From: Dysgonamonadaceae bacterium
GTDB taxonomy: Bacteria; Bacteroidota; Bacteroidia; Bacteroidales; Dysgonomonadaceae
Assembly (NCBI GenBank): GCA_047605645.1
Contig: JASGFJ010000027.1
Span: 3,329 to 67,328 of the forward strand
Direction: 5' to 3'
Length of the DNA: 64,000 nucleotides
In this document: positions 31,070 to 42,189 of the stretch, in pieces
Layout: each line of letters opens with the position of its first letter
How positions within the stretch are numbered: position 1 is the first letter of the stretch
The notes under the pieces: model-generated
Database searches by the model: none
What the model saw: the letters and a program-made list of their open reading frames with translations, nothing else
What the model was told of the DNA's origin: nothing
Made by a program: the position numbers and the translations under genes

Positions 31070-31780
31070 TTAGAAACTACAGGCATATCCAATTGTAGCC
31101 AACGAGTTATTTGTTGTCGGTCTATTCAGAGCTGACCGCCACTGGAAATTATAAGCCAGGGTGATTGAATGCCGCTGTATAGGCGAATACGAACTATTGA
31201 TACGGCACATAAATACCTCATTCTGCTTTCTACCCTCCAGGCTTCCGGTATTATAGGACAAAGCTCCCGCCAGGTTGACTTTCTTTTTTAAAAGCCGGCT
31301 CGAAGCACCGATTGTCGGGCCCCAGGTAAAGGTATTCCCATTCACTATCTTACTGTTATTGAAATTCAATGCCCCGTTTAGAGATACACCCGATTTCAGG
31401 AAAGTCCAGGAATAGGAAGTACCGGCATTGATCATTTCAGTCACGCTTCCCGGATGGTAAATTCCACCCTGTTTATTGGCGGCATCCTGGTACGAGATAT
31501 TGATATTCAGGTTATGCACCTGGAGTTCATTTTTCCGGGTGATAATATTCAGATTTAGATTGGCCGACTGGCTAAGTTGCACAAAGTTCAGCGTATCGAG
31601 CCTGTCAAGGTTATTCTCCTGATTAATGAGCTCAAAGTTGGAACGTACATTGGTATACGTTTGAAAGTTAGTATAGGAAAGGTTTGCATTCACCTTTTCG
31701 CTGAAGGCGGCTGTTATATTTCCGGAAGCTACAACCCTTGACGAAGCGCTGACCTTGCTTTTTTTTAAGTCGTATAATAA
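31070..31780 (-). pseudogene. 3' fragment of an outer-membrane beta-barrel gene (5' part deleted)
   Basis: Frame is open from ~31795 (LLYDLKKSKVSASSRVVASGNITAAFSEKVNANLSYTNFQTY...) with alternating beta strands and terminal GYACSF; no signal peptide or credible start. Confidence 0.72.
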
Positions 31781-34101
31781 GCAGGGGTTTTCAGATTAGA
31801 TTGTTCATCTCCTCTATCAAAGAAATAGGATTGATTATATCGATCTTCCAGATCAAATTTCACATAAGGCGAATAATATGTTTCAACTTTTAACTTTCCA
31901 ATTTCTTTATTATCTGATTTCGTTTTTACGATCAGCTCATTGTTTGCATTTAAAGTTGTTTTATTGATTAAAATCTGGACAAATCGTGTGACAATATTTT
32001 TATTATCCTTAATTATGGAATCTTTTTCTAAGACAAGAACACTAGTTCCTCCTCCAGAGCCACTCTTTTTCAGGGACACCTCTAAATCAGTCCATACAAT
32101 ACTAGTTGTATCATAAATTGAATGCAATTCTATACGTACTCTCTTATTAGTATACATAGATGTATATTTTTGATTATATGCATAGTTGTTATTTTCAATT
32201 TTAAATCGAATAATTTTATCTGCAACCGCGTATCCAGAAGTAATAGCTTCACTTATATTAACTTGAGTCCCATCATCGCCATCTTCACGTTCCGTAATTT
32301 CATACTCATTCCCCTCCTTATCCAGAAGAGTTGCAGGTAATTCTTTCACTTTAACCTGATGTTTGTTTCCGTCGGTATCAGTCAGGGTAATAATGCAGTA
32401 AGATTCATTCTTGCCTTTAGATAATTGGTAATCTTCGCTTTCTTTAATCTCGTCTTTCGATGGTTCTATGTATGTATAAGTTCCTCCCAAATCAGAATTA
32501 AGAGTATAATCGATTATATACCGTTTTTTTTCTTCGCCGCTGCGGATATCCCCTACTCCTTTACCTCCTGTCTGGTACTGGTCGCCATCGAACAGCAGGT
32601 TATTGTTCTTCGTGTCGTATTTCGTTTCGAAGAACCCTTCAACCAGCCGGTTATCGGTATTGACAACAATATCTTTGAAAGTGACCGCTATTTGCGCACC
32701 CTGCAAGTACGGGATACCGACATAGCCTTCTCCTGTAAACCGCCCCGAACCGCTTACCTTTGTGATAAATACAGGGAAATCACCCACCAGCACGGGCATG
32801 CCCGATTGCAGTTCGCGGGCAGGAGTCCGGTTCGTTAAATTAACATCCGGCATCAGTCCGCAATTCGGCCCGCTCTCCTGCCTGTCGGGTATACGGAAGG
32901 CCTGAAGATCATTATACAGGAAGGCATCTCCTGCCACGCATCTCGACCCGATGCGGTATTCATACTCTTTGCCGGCCTGCAAATTATATAAGCGACTTAA
33001 CAGGGGCTTATCAATAGTTCCGGTATACCATCTGCTTGTTCCCTTTTTGCGGTATTCAACGGTATATTCCATTGCCCCCACATCCTGCCAGCTAATATCT
33101 ACATATCCGCTCTCATAAATAGCTCCACTGTTTTGTACGGTCTTGCAATCGGCCGTATAGTCAAACCAGGATACCTGGCTGAAACCGTTATTCTTAAAGA
33201 CGCTGATCTCATCGACTCCTTCACGGGCTTTGGCCTGTACCCGCCAGGCATAGCGCATGCCCGGAATCAATAACGGTTGTGCAGCAGTATGGATAAAAGA
33301 TGTGGATTTGATCGTTTCGGTATAGAGCACCCTCGAATAATCAAAGGCGGCTTCAGGCGCGACCTGTTTGTCATAGATTTCGACCAGCGACAGAGCGTAT
33401 TCCATCCCGTAAGCAGCAGCTGTGGAGTTCATGTGCCGGGGCGTCCACGAGAACATGATGGACGGGATATTGCTCTCTGTTATCACCGTTCCCTTTTGCG
33501 GCAGGTTGAGAATGGGCGGTTCTCCCGAAGCAATCATTGCCTGGGCAAATCCCATTCGGGGATTACTGACCAAGCGGTTTGTCCCTTCTTCGTATACTTC
33601 AAAATAAAACCGATAGAAATTGTCAGGCAGCATCTGAGTCCGGTAAAACTCACTCTGCCCGCCGCTGATGCGTAAATTCTCTTTCTTGAAATAAGGAACC
33701 AAATCGTTCAGCGATAAAGACAGGGGAACTCCAGCCTGAAGCTCAAGGCCGGGAGTATACACCTCCGGCGGGGTAACCAGCGACAAGGAGGAGGATAGTA
33801 TCTTCATGCGCAGATATACCCTGACCAGCGGCTGCTGCATATCGGTATTGACAAGCATTAACCGGAGCTTGGCCTGTGTTCCCGTATAGTAAGCCGGCAG
33901 ATGAGGCGTATATGGAGGCGTCAACTGCGTGTATACCTGCACCGGATAGGTTTGTTGCTGTGCATACATTCCGCCACTGCTCAGGCACAGGAGCAGGATA
34001 TACATCCAATGCAGCCATACCTTGTTTATAATCTGTCGCTTATTATACTGAGGGCTCATCTGTATTTTCGTTTTATGATTTGCTACTCTTCTTATTCTCA
34101 T
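31765..34101 (-). CDS. Exported Fn3-domain protein with TANFOR-like N-terminus and variable C-terminus; appears 3'-truncated
   Basis: Signal peptide, YPVQVYTQLTPPY start, YAWRVQA and YEYRIGSRC Fn3 motifs, GEGYVGIPYL module, AT-rich variable tail; the stop overlaps the barrel fragment. Confidence 0.75.
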   Translation of the reverse strand: MRIRRVANHKTKIQMSPQYNKRQIINKVWLHWMYILLLCLSSGGMYAQQQTYPVQVYTQLTPPYTPHLPAYYTGTQAKLRLMLVNTDMQQPLVRVYLRMKILSSSLSLVTPPEVYTPGLELQAGVPLSLSLNDLVPYFKKENLRISGGQSEFYRTQMLPDNFYRFYFEVYEEGTNRLVSNPRMGFAQAMIASGEPPILNLPQKGTVITESNIPSIMFSWTPRHMNSTAAAYGMEYALSLVEIYDKQVAPEAAFDYSRVLYTETIKSTSFIHTAAQPLLIPGMRYAWRVQAKAREGVDEISVFKNNGFSQVSWFDYTADCKTVQNSGAIYESGYVDISWQDVGAMEYTVEYRKKGTSRWYTGTIDKPLLSRLYNLQAGKEYEYRIGSRCVAGDAFLYNDLQAFRIPDRQESGPNCGLMPDVNLTNRTPARELQSGMPVLVGDFPVFITKVSGSGRFTGEGYVGIPYLQGAQIAVTFKDIVVNTDNRLVEGFFETKYDTKNNNLLFDGDQYQTGGKGVGDIRSGEEKKRYIIDYTLNSDLGGTYTYIEPSKDEIKESEDYQLSKGKNESYCIITLTDTDGNKHQVKVKELPATLLDKEGNEYEITEREDGDDGTQVNISEAITSGYAVADKIIRFKIENNNYAYNQKYTSMYTNKRVRIELHSIYDTTSIVWTDLEVSLKKSGSGGGTSVLVLEKDSIIKDNKNIVTRFVQILINKTTLNANNELIVKTKSDNKEIGKLKVETYYSPYVKFDLEDRYNQSYFFDRGDEQSNLKTPAYYTT

Positions 34102-34117
34102 TTGTGTTACCGGCTGC

Positions 34118-37100
34118 TTACCCGATAATCATTTTCAGATTCATATATCCCGATGCTGTTTCCAGAACGATGATATAGACTCCCGAAGTAAGGGATATCC
34201 TGTAAGGGATATCGTACTCCTTTTCTCCCGCGTACTTTTTGTCACTAACGGTATTCCCTGTACCCACATGAATGATGCGCAAACGGATGGCGCTGGTTTT
34301 ATTCAATGTAACCTTCACTTGAAAGTTGCCGTGGTTGGGATTAGGGTATATCTGGTATTTTTCAATAATAGATTCCCCGAACGAATCGTCTCCCGTATCG
34401 TTCTTGTCCAAAACTGTGATTGTCTTGAATATTTCCTGGAAACAATCCCCTTGATGAGCCCTGAGACCAATCTTGTAATATCCCTTTTCAGAGAAAAGAA
34501 CCTTGGCATAATGCCCATCCCACTCAACGACTTTCAACGAGTCGGTGTCATCCAATAACCATTCCACCCGATCGGGGTTCGGATTGCTGATATTGACGAT
34601 AACGATTGTATCTCCCGCAAAGACTTCGGTAGCTACCAATATCTCCGAGCTGATGTCTACATCCTTTAGGCTGATGTTTATTTCATCCGTGGCCTGGCAT
34701 CCTTTGCTGTCACTGATTGTCAATCTATAAGTTCCTGCTTTAGCGACTGTAATTTCAGAAGACACGGCTTTGAACGAATCCGGGCCTGTCCAGTGGAATT
34801 TTGTTTTCGGGTCTGTGACAAGAGGGGCTAAAGTCAGGCTCTGCCCCTTACACAATGTCCGGTCTTCACCGAGATATACAGTGAGTGGCTCCGGATCGGA
34901 AAGGACAATGTTATCCGTATATGTGCATCCGTCTTTGTCGGTGACAAGTACGGTATATAATCCGGCCTGGATATTGTCCAACTCTTGGGTTGCCGCTCCG
35001 TTAGTCCATTGGTAGGTATATGGAGCCGTACCGCCTGTAACCTGTAGCTTAATACTTCCGTTATTTGCCCCGTAGCATACAGGGTTTGTTTTTACGGCAG
35101 TAACCTGTAAATCGGCAGGTGTAGATACTTTTGCGACGGCTGTAGTTTCACATCCCCGGCTGTCGGTGACAAATACGAAATAACGTCCCGGCGTCATGTT
35201 ATTCACCGATGCAGTCTTGTCTCCAGTGCTCCACTGGTAACTGTAAGGAGCTGTTCCTCCAGTAACTGTTACAGCTATCCGGGCAGTTTGCCCGCAGGTG
35301 ATTTCCGTGTCTGTTGCCGTAGCCTGCAAAAGCTGCGGCTGCTGCAGCTTGTAATCGACAGAGAGAGTATTTGCCACACGACTGTAGTCTTCTATTTCGA
35401 CTTTGTAATTACCGGCTGATTTATGCAAAAGGACACTGTCCCGTTCGTTGGCAAGCAGGGTATATCCTGTTCCCGGTTCTTCCTTATACCACTTGTAGAT
35501 ATAAGGCAAGCGTCCGGCTACCGGATTCCGAATACCTCCTGTGGCATGAACCGTAAGCTGCCCGTCGGACATGCCGTTGCAGGATATAAAATGGGTTTCT
35601 TCTACCTCAGCCAACAGCTCATCAGGCTCGGAAATGGAATAAAGCTCCTGCACGATACAAGATGAATTCGCAGTAGGATAAGCACCTGCATAATTCCGGT
35701 CTTTTATTTCGACCTGATAACTTCCTTTCGGAATATTATTTAATAAAGAAACATATTTACCATTTTCGAAGAGACCTGTTGCCGACAGAGTCTGCCCGGC
35801 TTCATTCTTCCATATCAAATCGTATGTATTATCCGGATAGGGTGTTCCTCCTTCTATCGTAATTTTTATATCACCATCTGAACGGCCGTAGCCGGAAGCA
35901 TCGGTTTTGGCCATCGCGGAAATCACCAACGGAGCGGCAGGCTGAGTCAAAGTAACTTCATGGATATCCTGAGAATTTATCTGAGCGTAACACCCATTGG
36001 CATCCTGAATATAGAGGCTGTAAGTTCCGGAGTAAAGGTTGTTTATCAGAAAGGTCGTATTGTCTGATTCAATGGCATGTTCTCGATATCCGGCATCGGA
36101 GTCTTTTTTACAGAATAACCTGTATCCGCCAACTCCTCCGGAGACTTTCACCCGGATAAAACCATCGTTTAAGGCATGACAGGAACTATTCCGTGTAGAC
36201 AATACCGTGACAAGTAATGCCGGCTGGGTTATCTCGGATACTGCCGATTCAACCGTATTGGCGATACGGCTGAAGTCTTCGATACGTACTTTGTAGTGTC
36301 CAGCAGAACGTTGTACTAAAACGCTGTCTGTTTCGTTGGGAATAATTATGGCATTCCCGTTTTCTATTTTATACCATTTATAGGTATATGGATAAACCGC
36401 CTGATGGTTAGGCACTCCCCCTTTTGCGTATGCGACCAATGTCCCCGTAGCTTCTCCGTGACAGTAGATGCTGTCGGTTTGTAGCAGTTGTACGGTCAGC
36501 GGGTCGGGCTGTGTAAGAGAAAAAGTAGCTGTCGCATAACACGTATTAGCCGTGCCGCCATAGTTATTATCGCGGATCTCTACGGTGTATGTTCCTTTGG
36601 GAAGGTTCTGTATTTTGGAGGTAAATACCCCAAAGGAGTCAAAGGCATCGATACCGGTAAATACCGTTCCTCCGGTATTTTTCCAGATTATACTGTAATA
36701 CGGGGCAGCAGCATTGATTGTTCCTCCGGCTACTTTGATTGTTATCTCGCCGTCGGAACGTCCGTAACCGGATACATCGGTTTGAGCGCTTTCCGTTATT
36801 GTTAACGGAGCTGCCGGCTGCGTCAGAATAAATTCATGGATAGGATTACCGTTTATCCCGGCATAACAATTGTTTCCGTCCAGGAGATAGACACTGTATT
36901 TTCCGGAATACAGGTTATCCAGATAGAACGTATTGTCACCGGTGTTAATCGGGTATTCCCTGTAATCAGAATCCGTCCCTTCCTTTTTACAGAATAGCGT
37001 ATAACTGCCTGTCCCTCCCGATACATTTATATGAATAAAGCCTGTATTCTCACCATAACATCCGACATTTCGGGTTGTCGCTATTGTTGCAAGCAATGCG

Positions 37101-39916
37101 GGTTGTGTGATCTCAAAAACTGCCGACTCAATGGTATTGGGCGGATTACTGGCATCTTCAACTTTCACCTTGTACCTGCCGGCCCGACGATTCGACAGGA
37201 TACTGTCATTCTGATTGGAAATTACCGTAGCATTCCCGTTTGTGATTTCATACCATTTATAATTGTATGGCATACCGGAAAAACTGCCGGACACGCCTCC
37301 TGTCACATGAGCTGTTAATGCTCCGGTCTCTTCTCCGTGACAATAAACGCCGTTGGCATTTTCCAATTGTAAAGTCATTGCTTCCGGCTGGATAATTGTG
37401 AAGCTTGCAGTTACATAACAAGCATTGGACAGGCCTGCGTAGTTTTTATCCCTTATTTCAACAGTATAGACATTCTCCGGAAGATTTTCTATTTTCGAGG
37501 TAAAGACATTGTCGGTGCCGATCGCTTCGCTGCTTGCTACCGTTGTTCCCGAGGCATTTTTCCATATTACAGTGTAAAGCGGATTCGCCGGATGAGGCGT
37601 TCCTCCTTTTATTTTTACGGTGATGCTTCCGTCGGAACGTCCAAAGCCGCTAACCGGTTTTACAGCGGCATGGCTTATCTCCAGAGCCTGTGAGGGCTGG
37701 CTAATCGTGATTTGCGCGACATCCGCACCTTCTATCGGAGCATAACAGCCATTGGCATCTGTTATGTATATCCAATATTCATTCGTGGTGAGATTATCGA
37801 GGGTGAATACGTTCCCCTGCGGATCCAACGGCTGTGCATAAGCTGCATCGTCTTTCAGTTTGTAATGCAGTTTATACCCTCCTGCACCTCCGAAAACCTC
37901 TATCCTTATCAAACCGTTATTTCCACCGAAGCATGTTACATACTGCTTCGTTACACTGGTCGATAAAATGGATGGCTGAGTGAGTGAAAATTCCTTTTCG
38001 ACCACATTCGCAATACGGCTCTTGTCTTTGACTTCGATTTTATAATCGCCTTGCCCTAAATTGGATGCAACACTGTCGGTTACAGCTATGGCTTGGTATG
38101 TCCCTCCATTCTTTTTATACCATTGATAGGTATATCCTTGTCCGACATCCGTCACCCCGCCTTCCGCGTGAGCCACCAACTCTCCGTTGGTATCGCCATA
38201 ACACAGGATTGGGTGTGTTTTTTGGATCATGACAACAAGTTCTTTAGGCTGGCCAAGAGTGATTTCATCTGTAAAGACGCAGTTATTCTTGTCTTTGATT
38301 GCTACAGTATAAGTCCCTGCGGGGATATTCTTTGCCGTGGTTCTGAATTTCGCTCCCGAAGGGTCGTTCTCTACAGCCGCTACAACCTGCCCCGTTTGCT
38401 TGTTTTTCCAGGTAACGGTGTAAGTATTACCGGGAAGTGGAGTTCCGCCATCTCCTGTGAGGACGGCAGAACCATCACTGCGCCCATAGCCCGAAGGTTC
38501 TGTGAGGTTCTGAAAAGCAAAGTCTAAAGCTTTATCGGGTTGAAGGAATGTTTCTGTGCGGGTAACGATATTGGCACTTTGATCACGCAGTTCGCAATCA
38601 TGCGTGTCGGTCACATAATATTCATAAGTTCCGGGTTCAAGATTAGACAGGGAAGTCTGGTTTGAAGACGTAAATGCTGTCGTGAGATATGCTCCGCCCT
38701 GTTTGCGCCAATAAAGCTGATAAGTACCGTCGCCTCCGGAGGCTGTAACGGTAATTCTACCATTATTCTCTCCGTAGCAGGTGATATCCGCTTTTGTTGT
38801 CGTTGAGTAGGTAAGAGCGGGAAAACTTTCTATTTTTCCAATCTTTTTATGATCCGCTCCATCGGAATAGGTTGCAACACCGTTGTAAAAGCCGGATACC
38901 TGAATTTGATAGCTGCCTGCGTCCTTGTTCTCAAGGAAAAAGCTATTGTCGCTATCCAGCACCGGGTCAGAAATATTACCAATAGCCGAAGATGCCAGAT
39001 TCTTATAATCAACCAACAGCCTTTCGCCGGGTAATAAAGCCCTGTCCAATTGCACTTTTAGCTTTCCGTTTGCCGTACCGAAACAGATTTTACCGGTAGC
39101 CGTAACACTGAGGATACGGGGAGCGGATTTCTGATTGCTTAACGAAAGCACATTGCTGCGTTGGGCTACTTTGGGATTATCCCGGTCTTTATAAATATAA
39201 TATTCCAAAGCCACCCATGTATTGGCTCCAATGGTCATTTTCGACTCGTAATTACTGCCGTAGATATCTTCTCCTGAAATATTCACCAAACGATTTCCCT
39301 GCAAGGAGCTATTGGCTATTTGATGCCAGGTAGAACCATTGTCGGAGGAATAGACCCATCTGTACGTATCGCTCGTATAGCCGGAAGGAGCTTCTAATTG
39401 AATTTTATCCAGCGTGGGCAATATCTGGGATGAGCCGGATTTGTACCCTATTTTCAGATTTTTAGGAAATACATAAATATCCATTATTCCGTGAAAACTC
39501 CAGTAAACTTGCGAATTGGTATATGTATATTTTTTATACCCGATATTTTCATTTCTTGTCTGGAGGGCAATGTTATCCTTCCACCCGTTATCGGGATCAC
39601 TTCCACCGGATTTATCCAGCTTCGTGTATACGCTGAAATTCAGTACACGCTGGGTTAATTGATAGGTTTTTATATCCGAATCACGATTCGTTGAATGACC
39701 GGAGGAAAGCCCCTTCAGATTTTCATCTACAAGTGTATGACTTGTACCATTAAGAGAGATATTGACCTTAATACTGCTTTTCTTTCCGGCTTTGAAGCCG
39801 TGATTATTCGTGATAGAGTTATTAATGCAAAACCCCCACTCTCCTGATATTGTCTGCCCCCGGGCATGGCTTAAGCTTACTATCGCCATTATGAATAACA
39901 CCATTATCTTTCTCAT
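34118..39916 (-). CDS. 1932-aa T9SS-secreted SprB-repeat adhesin-like protein with type A CTD
   Basis: Signal peptide; many C-x-G-x-x-x-G...GG-x-x-x-Y...W...L-x-x-G-x-Y-x-V-x-D-x-x-x-C SprB-like repeats; C-terminal YQIYPNPNHGNF...SGVYIIVL...KMIIG. Confidence 0.88.
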   Translation of the reverse strand: MRKIMVLFIMAIVSLSHARGQTISGEWGFCINNSITNNHGFKAGKKSSIKVNISLNGTSHTLVDENLKGLSSGHSTNRDSDIKTYQLTQRVLNFSVYTKLDKSGGSDPDNGWKDNIALQTRNENIGYKKYTYTNSQVYWSFHGIMDIYVFPKNLKIGYKSGSSQILPTLDKIQLEAPSGYTSDTYRWVYSSDNGSTWHQIANSSLQGNRLVNISGEDIYGSNYESKMTIGANTWVALEYYIYKDRDNPKVAQRSNVLSLSNQKSAPRILSVTATGKICFGTANGKLKVQLDRALLPGERLLVDYKNLASSAIGNISDPVLDSDNSFFLENKDAGSYQIQVSGFYNGVATYSDGADHKKIGKIESFPALTYSTTTKADITCYGENNGRITVTASGGDGTYQLYWRKQGGAYLTTAFTSSNQTSLSNLEPGTYEYYVTDTHDCELRDQSANIVTRTETFLQPDKALDFAFQNLTEPSGYGRSDGSAVLTGDGGTPLPGNTYTVTWKNKQTGQVVAAVENDPSGAKFRTTAKNIPAGTYTVAIKDKNNCVFTDEITLGQPKELVVMIQKTHPILCYGDTNGELVAHAEGGVTDVGQGYTYQWYKKNGGTYQAIAVTDSVASNLGQGDYKIEVKDKSRIANVVEKEFSLTQPSILSTSVTKQYVTCFGGNNGLIRIEVFGGAGGYKLHYKLKDDAAYAQPLDPQGNVFTLDNLTTNEYWIYITDANGCYAPIEGADVAQITISQPSQALEISHAAVKPVSGFGRSDGSITVKIKGGTPHPANPLYTVIWKNASGTTVASSEAIGTDNVFTSKIENLPENVYTVEIRDKNYAGLSNACYVTASFTIIQPEAMTLQLENANGVYCHGEETGALTAHVTGGVSGSFSGMPYNYKWYEITNGNATVISNQNDSILSNRRAGRYKVKVEDASNPPNTIESAVFEITQPALLATIATTRNVGCYGENTGFIHINVSGGTGSYTLFCKKEGTDSDYREYPINTGDNTFYLDNLYSGKYSVYLLDGNNCYAGINGNPIHEFILTQPAAPLTITESAQTDVSGYGRSDGEITIKVAGGTINAAAPYYSIIWKNTGGTVFTGIDAFDSFGVFTSKIQNLPKGTYTVEIRDNNYGGTANTCYATATFSLTQPDPLTVQLLQTDSIYCHGEATGTLVAYAKGGVPNHQAVYPYTYKWYKIENGNAIIIPNETDSVLVQRSAGHYKVRIEDFSRIANTVESAVSEITQPALLVTVLSTRNSSCHALNDGFIRVKVSGGVGGYRLFCKKDSDAGYREHAIESDNTTFLINNLYSGTYSLYIQDANGCYAQINSQDIHEVTLTQPAAPLVISAMAKTDASGYGRSDGDIKITIEGGTPYPDNTYDLIWKNEAGQTLSATGLFENGKYVSLLNNIPKGSYQVEIKDRNYAGAYPTANSSCIVQELYSISEPDELLAEVEETHFISCNGMSDGQLTVHATGGIRNPVAGRLPYIYKWYKEEPGTGYTLLANERDSVLLHKSAGNYKVEIEDYSRVANTLSVDYKLQQPQLLQATATDTEITCGQTARIAVTVTGGTAPYSYQWSTGDKTASVNNMTPGRYFVFVTDSRGCETTAVAKVSTPADLQVTAVKTNPVCYGANNGSIKLQVTGGTAPYTYQWTNGAATQELDNIQAGLYTVLVTDKDGCTYTDNIVLSDPEPLTVYLGEDRTLCKGQSLTLAPLVTDPKTKFHWTGPDSFKAVSSEITVAKAGTYRLTISDSKGCQATDEINISLKDVDISSEILVATEVFAGDTIVIVNISNPNPDRVEWLLDDTDSLKVVEWDGHYAKVLFSEKGYYKIGLRAHQGDCFQEIFKTITVLDKNDTGDDSFGESIIEKYQIYPNPNHGNFQVKVTLNKTSAIRLRIIHVGTGNTVSDKKYAGEKEYDIPYRISLTSGVYIIVLETASGYMNLKMIIG

Positions 39917-39936
39917 AACTTTATTTTTGTGCCGGG

Positions 39937-42012
39937 TTAATAATTAGCAGTTATTGTTTTCACTTTCGACGACCTGCCTTCATCGGTAATATACAGAACC
40001 GTATAAGTATAGTTGTTGCCCGCAGAAACGGTTTCATCCGTTACCCGTGTCTCTGATTGTCCCAGTTCTTTCCATAAAACCATCTTTCCGTCTTCAGCAG
40101 TTTTATAGATTCTGTATAGCTTTGCTTTTTCGTGCTTTCTCCAGGACAACTCGATATAGCCTTTATGGATATCTGCATAATAAGTCAGACCGGAAACCTC
40201 ATCAGGCGCTACACCTGCGTTAATATCAATCTCAAGGGGTTGCGGAGACAATGATTTCTTTCCATCCGGACTATAAGCTATCAGGGTATAACGGTAGCGG
40301 CCCGAAGTCGTTATTTCATCTGTGTAAGATGTGGTATGGTTGTCCCCCGAAAAGACTGTTCGTGTATCTTTGGGGTTATGGGAGTTTGTCCGGATTAATT
40401 TATACGTAATCGCAGGATGCTTCGGATCGGTTATCCATTGAATCGTAACTTTATTCTCCGTCACAAATGTATATCCGGTAATAACTGGCTCATCCGGAGT
40501 TTGATGGTTGGGTTTGATTGCTTTGACCGGCATACAGGGTGCCGATTCATTATAGCGTTCATCTATCGCTGTCAGGCAGTAATAGACATAAGTATTCCCC
40601 AAATCAAAGGAAAGCGTATCTGCATAATGGTTTTGGGTAATCAATTCCGGTGTTATCGAAGACTTTTCTTCACTTTGTGTGAAAGCACGCAAAATGCGGT
40701 AGCCGAATAAGTCAGGCTCCGTATTGGCATTCCATGTTAAATGAGCAATTCCCGCAGAGTCTACCTCTACCTTGAGTCCTGCCGGAACAGCCGGAGGTAT
40801 AGAATCTATCTGCGTAAGTAAAAAAGGAAAAGATTCCGTTTTGCGGCCATCCTTACTTTCGGCGCTCAATTTGACATAAGCGCGGGCTTCGGTTAACGGG
40901 AACTCCAAGTCTCTTCTATCTAAGGAAATATTGTTGATCTGGAGACGGTATTCTCCATCTATCTTCTGCGATACCGACAGACTGAATTTGTCGGCCTCAC
41001 TGTGGTCTTCGCACTGAAACTCCCAGTAGATTTTGGCCCGATCCTTATCTGTGAAATCCCCGTTGTAAATATGGGGAATACAAGTCAAGGCTTTTTCTCC
41101 TTTTCCGCCGACTTCTTCACTGCAAGGCCCGGTCTCATCAAATCCGGTCAATCCGGTTATCCGGTAGGTATAATGAGTTTCATTGTTAGCCAGGCTGTCG
41201 GTGTAGAAAATTTCTTTCATTTCCCCGTCGAGAGCCGTAAGGGGCAGCTTTGTTATCTTCTTAAAAATCCCTCCCTCTTCTTTCCGCTCGATATGATAGG
41301 AATGGTAAGTATCTGATAACAGGATATAGTTCCACGACAACATGGCTGCCTTATCGCCAAACAAAGCATTTAACCCGATGGGGCTGGGCAGTTCTTTTTT
41401 GTCTTCCACTCCGATATAAACAGCCGCAGTATCTCCCTTTGCTCCGTTCGGCGGATTTAGACAAATGCGGTATAAATACCGTTCATTTTCCTTTATTGTA
41501 TTATCCGTCCATGCCCAGCCGGCCAGTCCTGCGGCTTTATAATCATATTCAGCCATAAAAAGAGAGGTGGAAAAACGCTGTTCCAGCTCGTTCGCCTGAT
41601 TGATAATACCACCGATACCCTTGCCTCCGGATGCACTAAGCTCAAAATCCTCGCCATACAATGCCTGTGCAATAACCGCAGCATAATCCGACTTATTCGC
41701 ATATTCTACCCAGTCAGCCAAAGGCCGTGGCCGGAAATTTTCGACCAGGATTGCCTCTGCCGGAGCTTCCTGCCACCGCTTATCGATCATTACCGTGTAA
41801 CGCTTGATTGTATATCCGTATTTAATCCCGTCAGCCCATGCTCTTGTATTTCCCGGAGACCAACGCAGCCGTATCTCATCCTTATCTGCGACAAAACCTC
41901 TTGCCCGAATAGCTTCTTTGTGTATAGCCGCTTCTTCCTGCGCCGATATTCCCGAAGATATCGACCCTAGAAAAACAAAGAGTAGCAGTTGTATTTGTGT
42001 TATATATTTCAT
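39937..42012 (-). CDS. Exported multi-Fn3-domain protein
   Basis: Signal peptide; IRLRWSP, LPSPIGLNALFGDKAAMLSW, DSIPPAVPAGLKV, LTWNANTEPDLFGYRI. Confidence 0.8.
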   Translation of the reverse strand: MKYITQIQLLLFVFLGSISSGISAQEEAAIHKEAIRARGFVADKDEIRLRWSPGNTRAWADGIKYGYTIKRYTVMIDKRWQEAPAEAILVENFRPRPLADWVEYANKSDYAAVIAQALYGEDFELSASGGKGIGGIINQANELEQRFSTSLFMAEYDYKAAGLAGWAWTDNTIKENERYLYRICLNPPNGAKGDTAAVYIGVEDKKELPSPIGLNALFGDKAAMLSWNYILLSDTYHSYHIERKEEGGIFKKITKLPLTALDGEMKEIFYTDSLANNETHYTYRITGLTGFDETGPCSEEVGGKGEKALTCIPHIYNGDFTDKDRAKIYWEFQCEDHSEADKFSLSVSQKIDGEYRLQINNISLDRRDLEFPLTEARAYVKLSAESKDGRKTESFPFLLTQIDSIPPAVPAGLKVEVDSAGIAHLTWNANTEPDLFGYRILRAFTQSEEKSSITPELITQNHYADTLSFDLGNTYVYYCLTAIDERYNESAPCMPVKAIKPNHQTPDEPVITGYTFVTENKVTIQWITDPKHPAITYKLIRTNSHNPKDTRTVFSGDNHTTSYTDEITTSGRYRYTLIAYSPDGKKSLSPQPLEIDINAGVAPDEVSGLTYYADIHKGYIELSWRKHEKAKLYRIYKTAEDGKMVLWKELGQSETRVTDETVSAGNNYTYTVLYITDEGRSSKVKTITANY

Positions 42013-42136
42013 TTGTTATTTATTTTCATTCTTATGGAAAGATGAGATACACATGCCGGTCATTATTCTTATTGGGCGCGGCAGCTACAAAACATGCATA
42101 TTCCATCCGATTTAATTTTTACGGTCAGTAATCCGC

Positions 42137-42164
42137 ATGGAGACGTTGCATGCAATGTCTCTAC
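42137..42164. repeat. REP-like palindrome
   Basis: ATGGAGACGTTGCA|TGCAATGTCTCTAC, close to the GTAGAGACGTTGCATGCAACGTCTCTAC type of palindrome; intergenic. Confidence 0.65.
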
Positions 42165-42189
42165 GCGCCTGATGCCAGTTTTCCAATGA

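Noticed and set aside
31765-31795. Programmed -1 frameshift joining the Fn3 gene to the barrel frame
   Set aside because: There is no in-phase X XXY YYZ slippery site in the overlap. The A8 run begins inside the stop codon, so slippage there would not remove it. A deletion junction is simpler.
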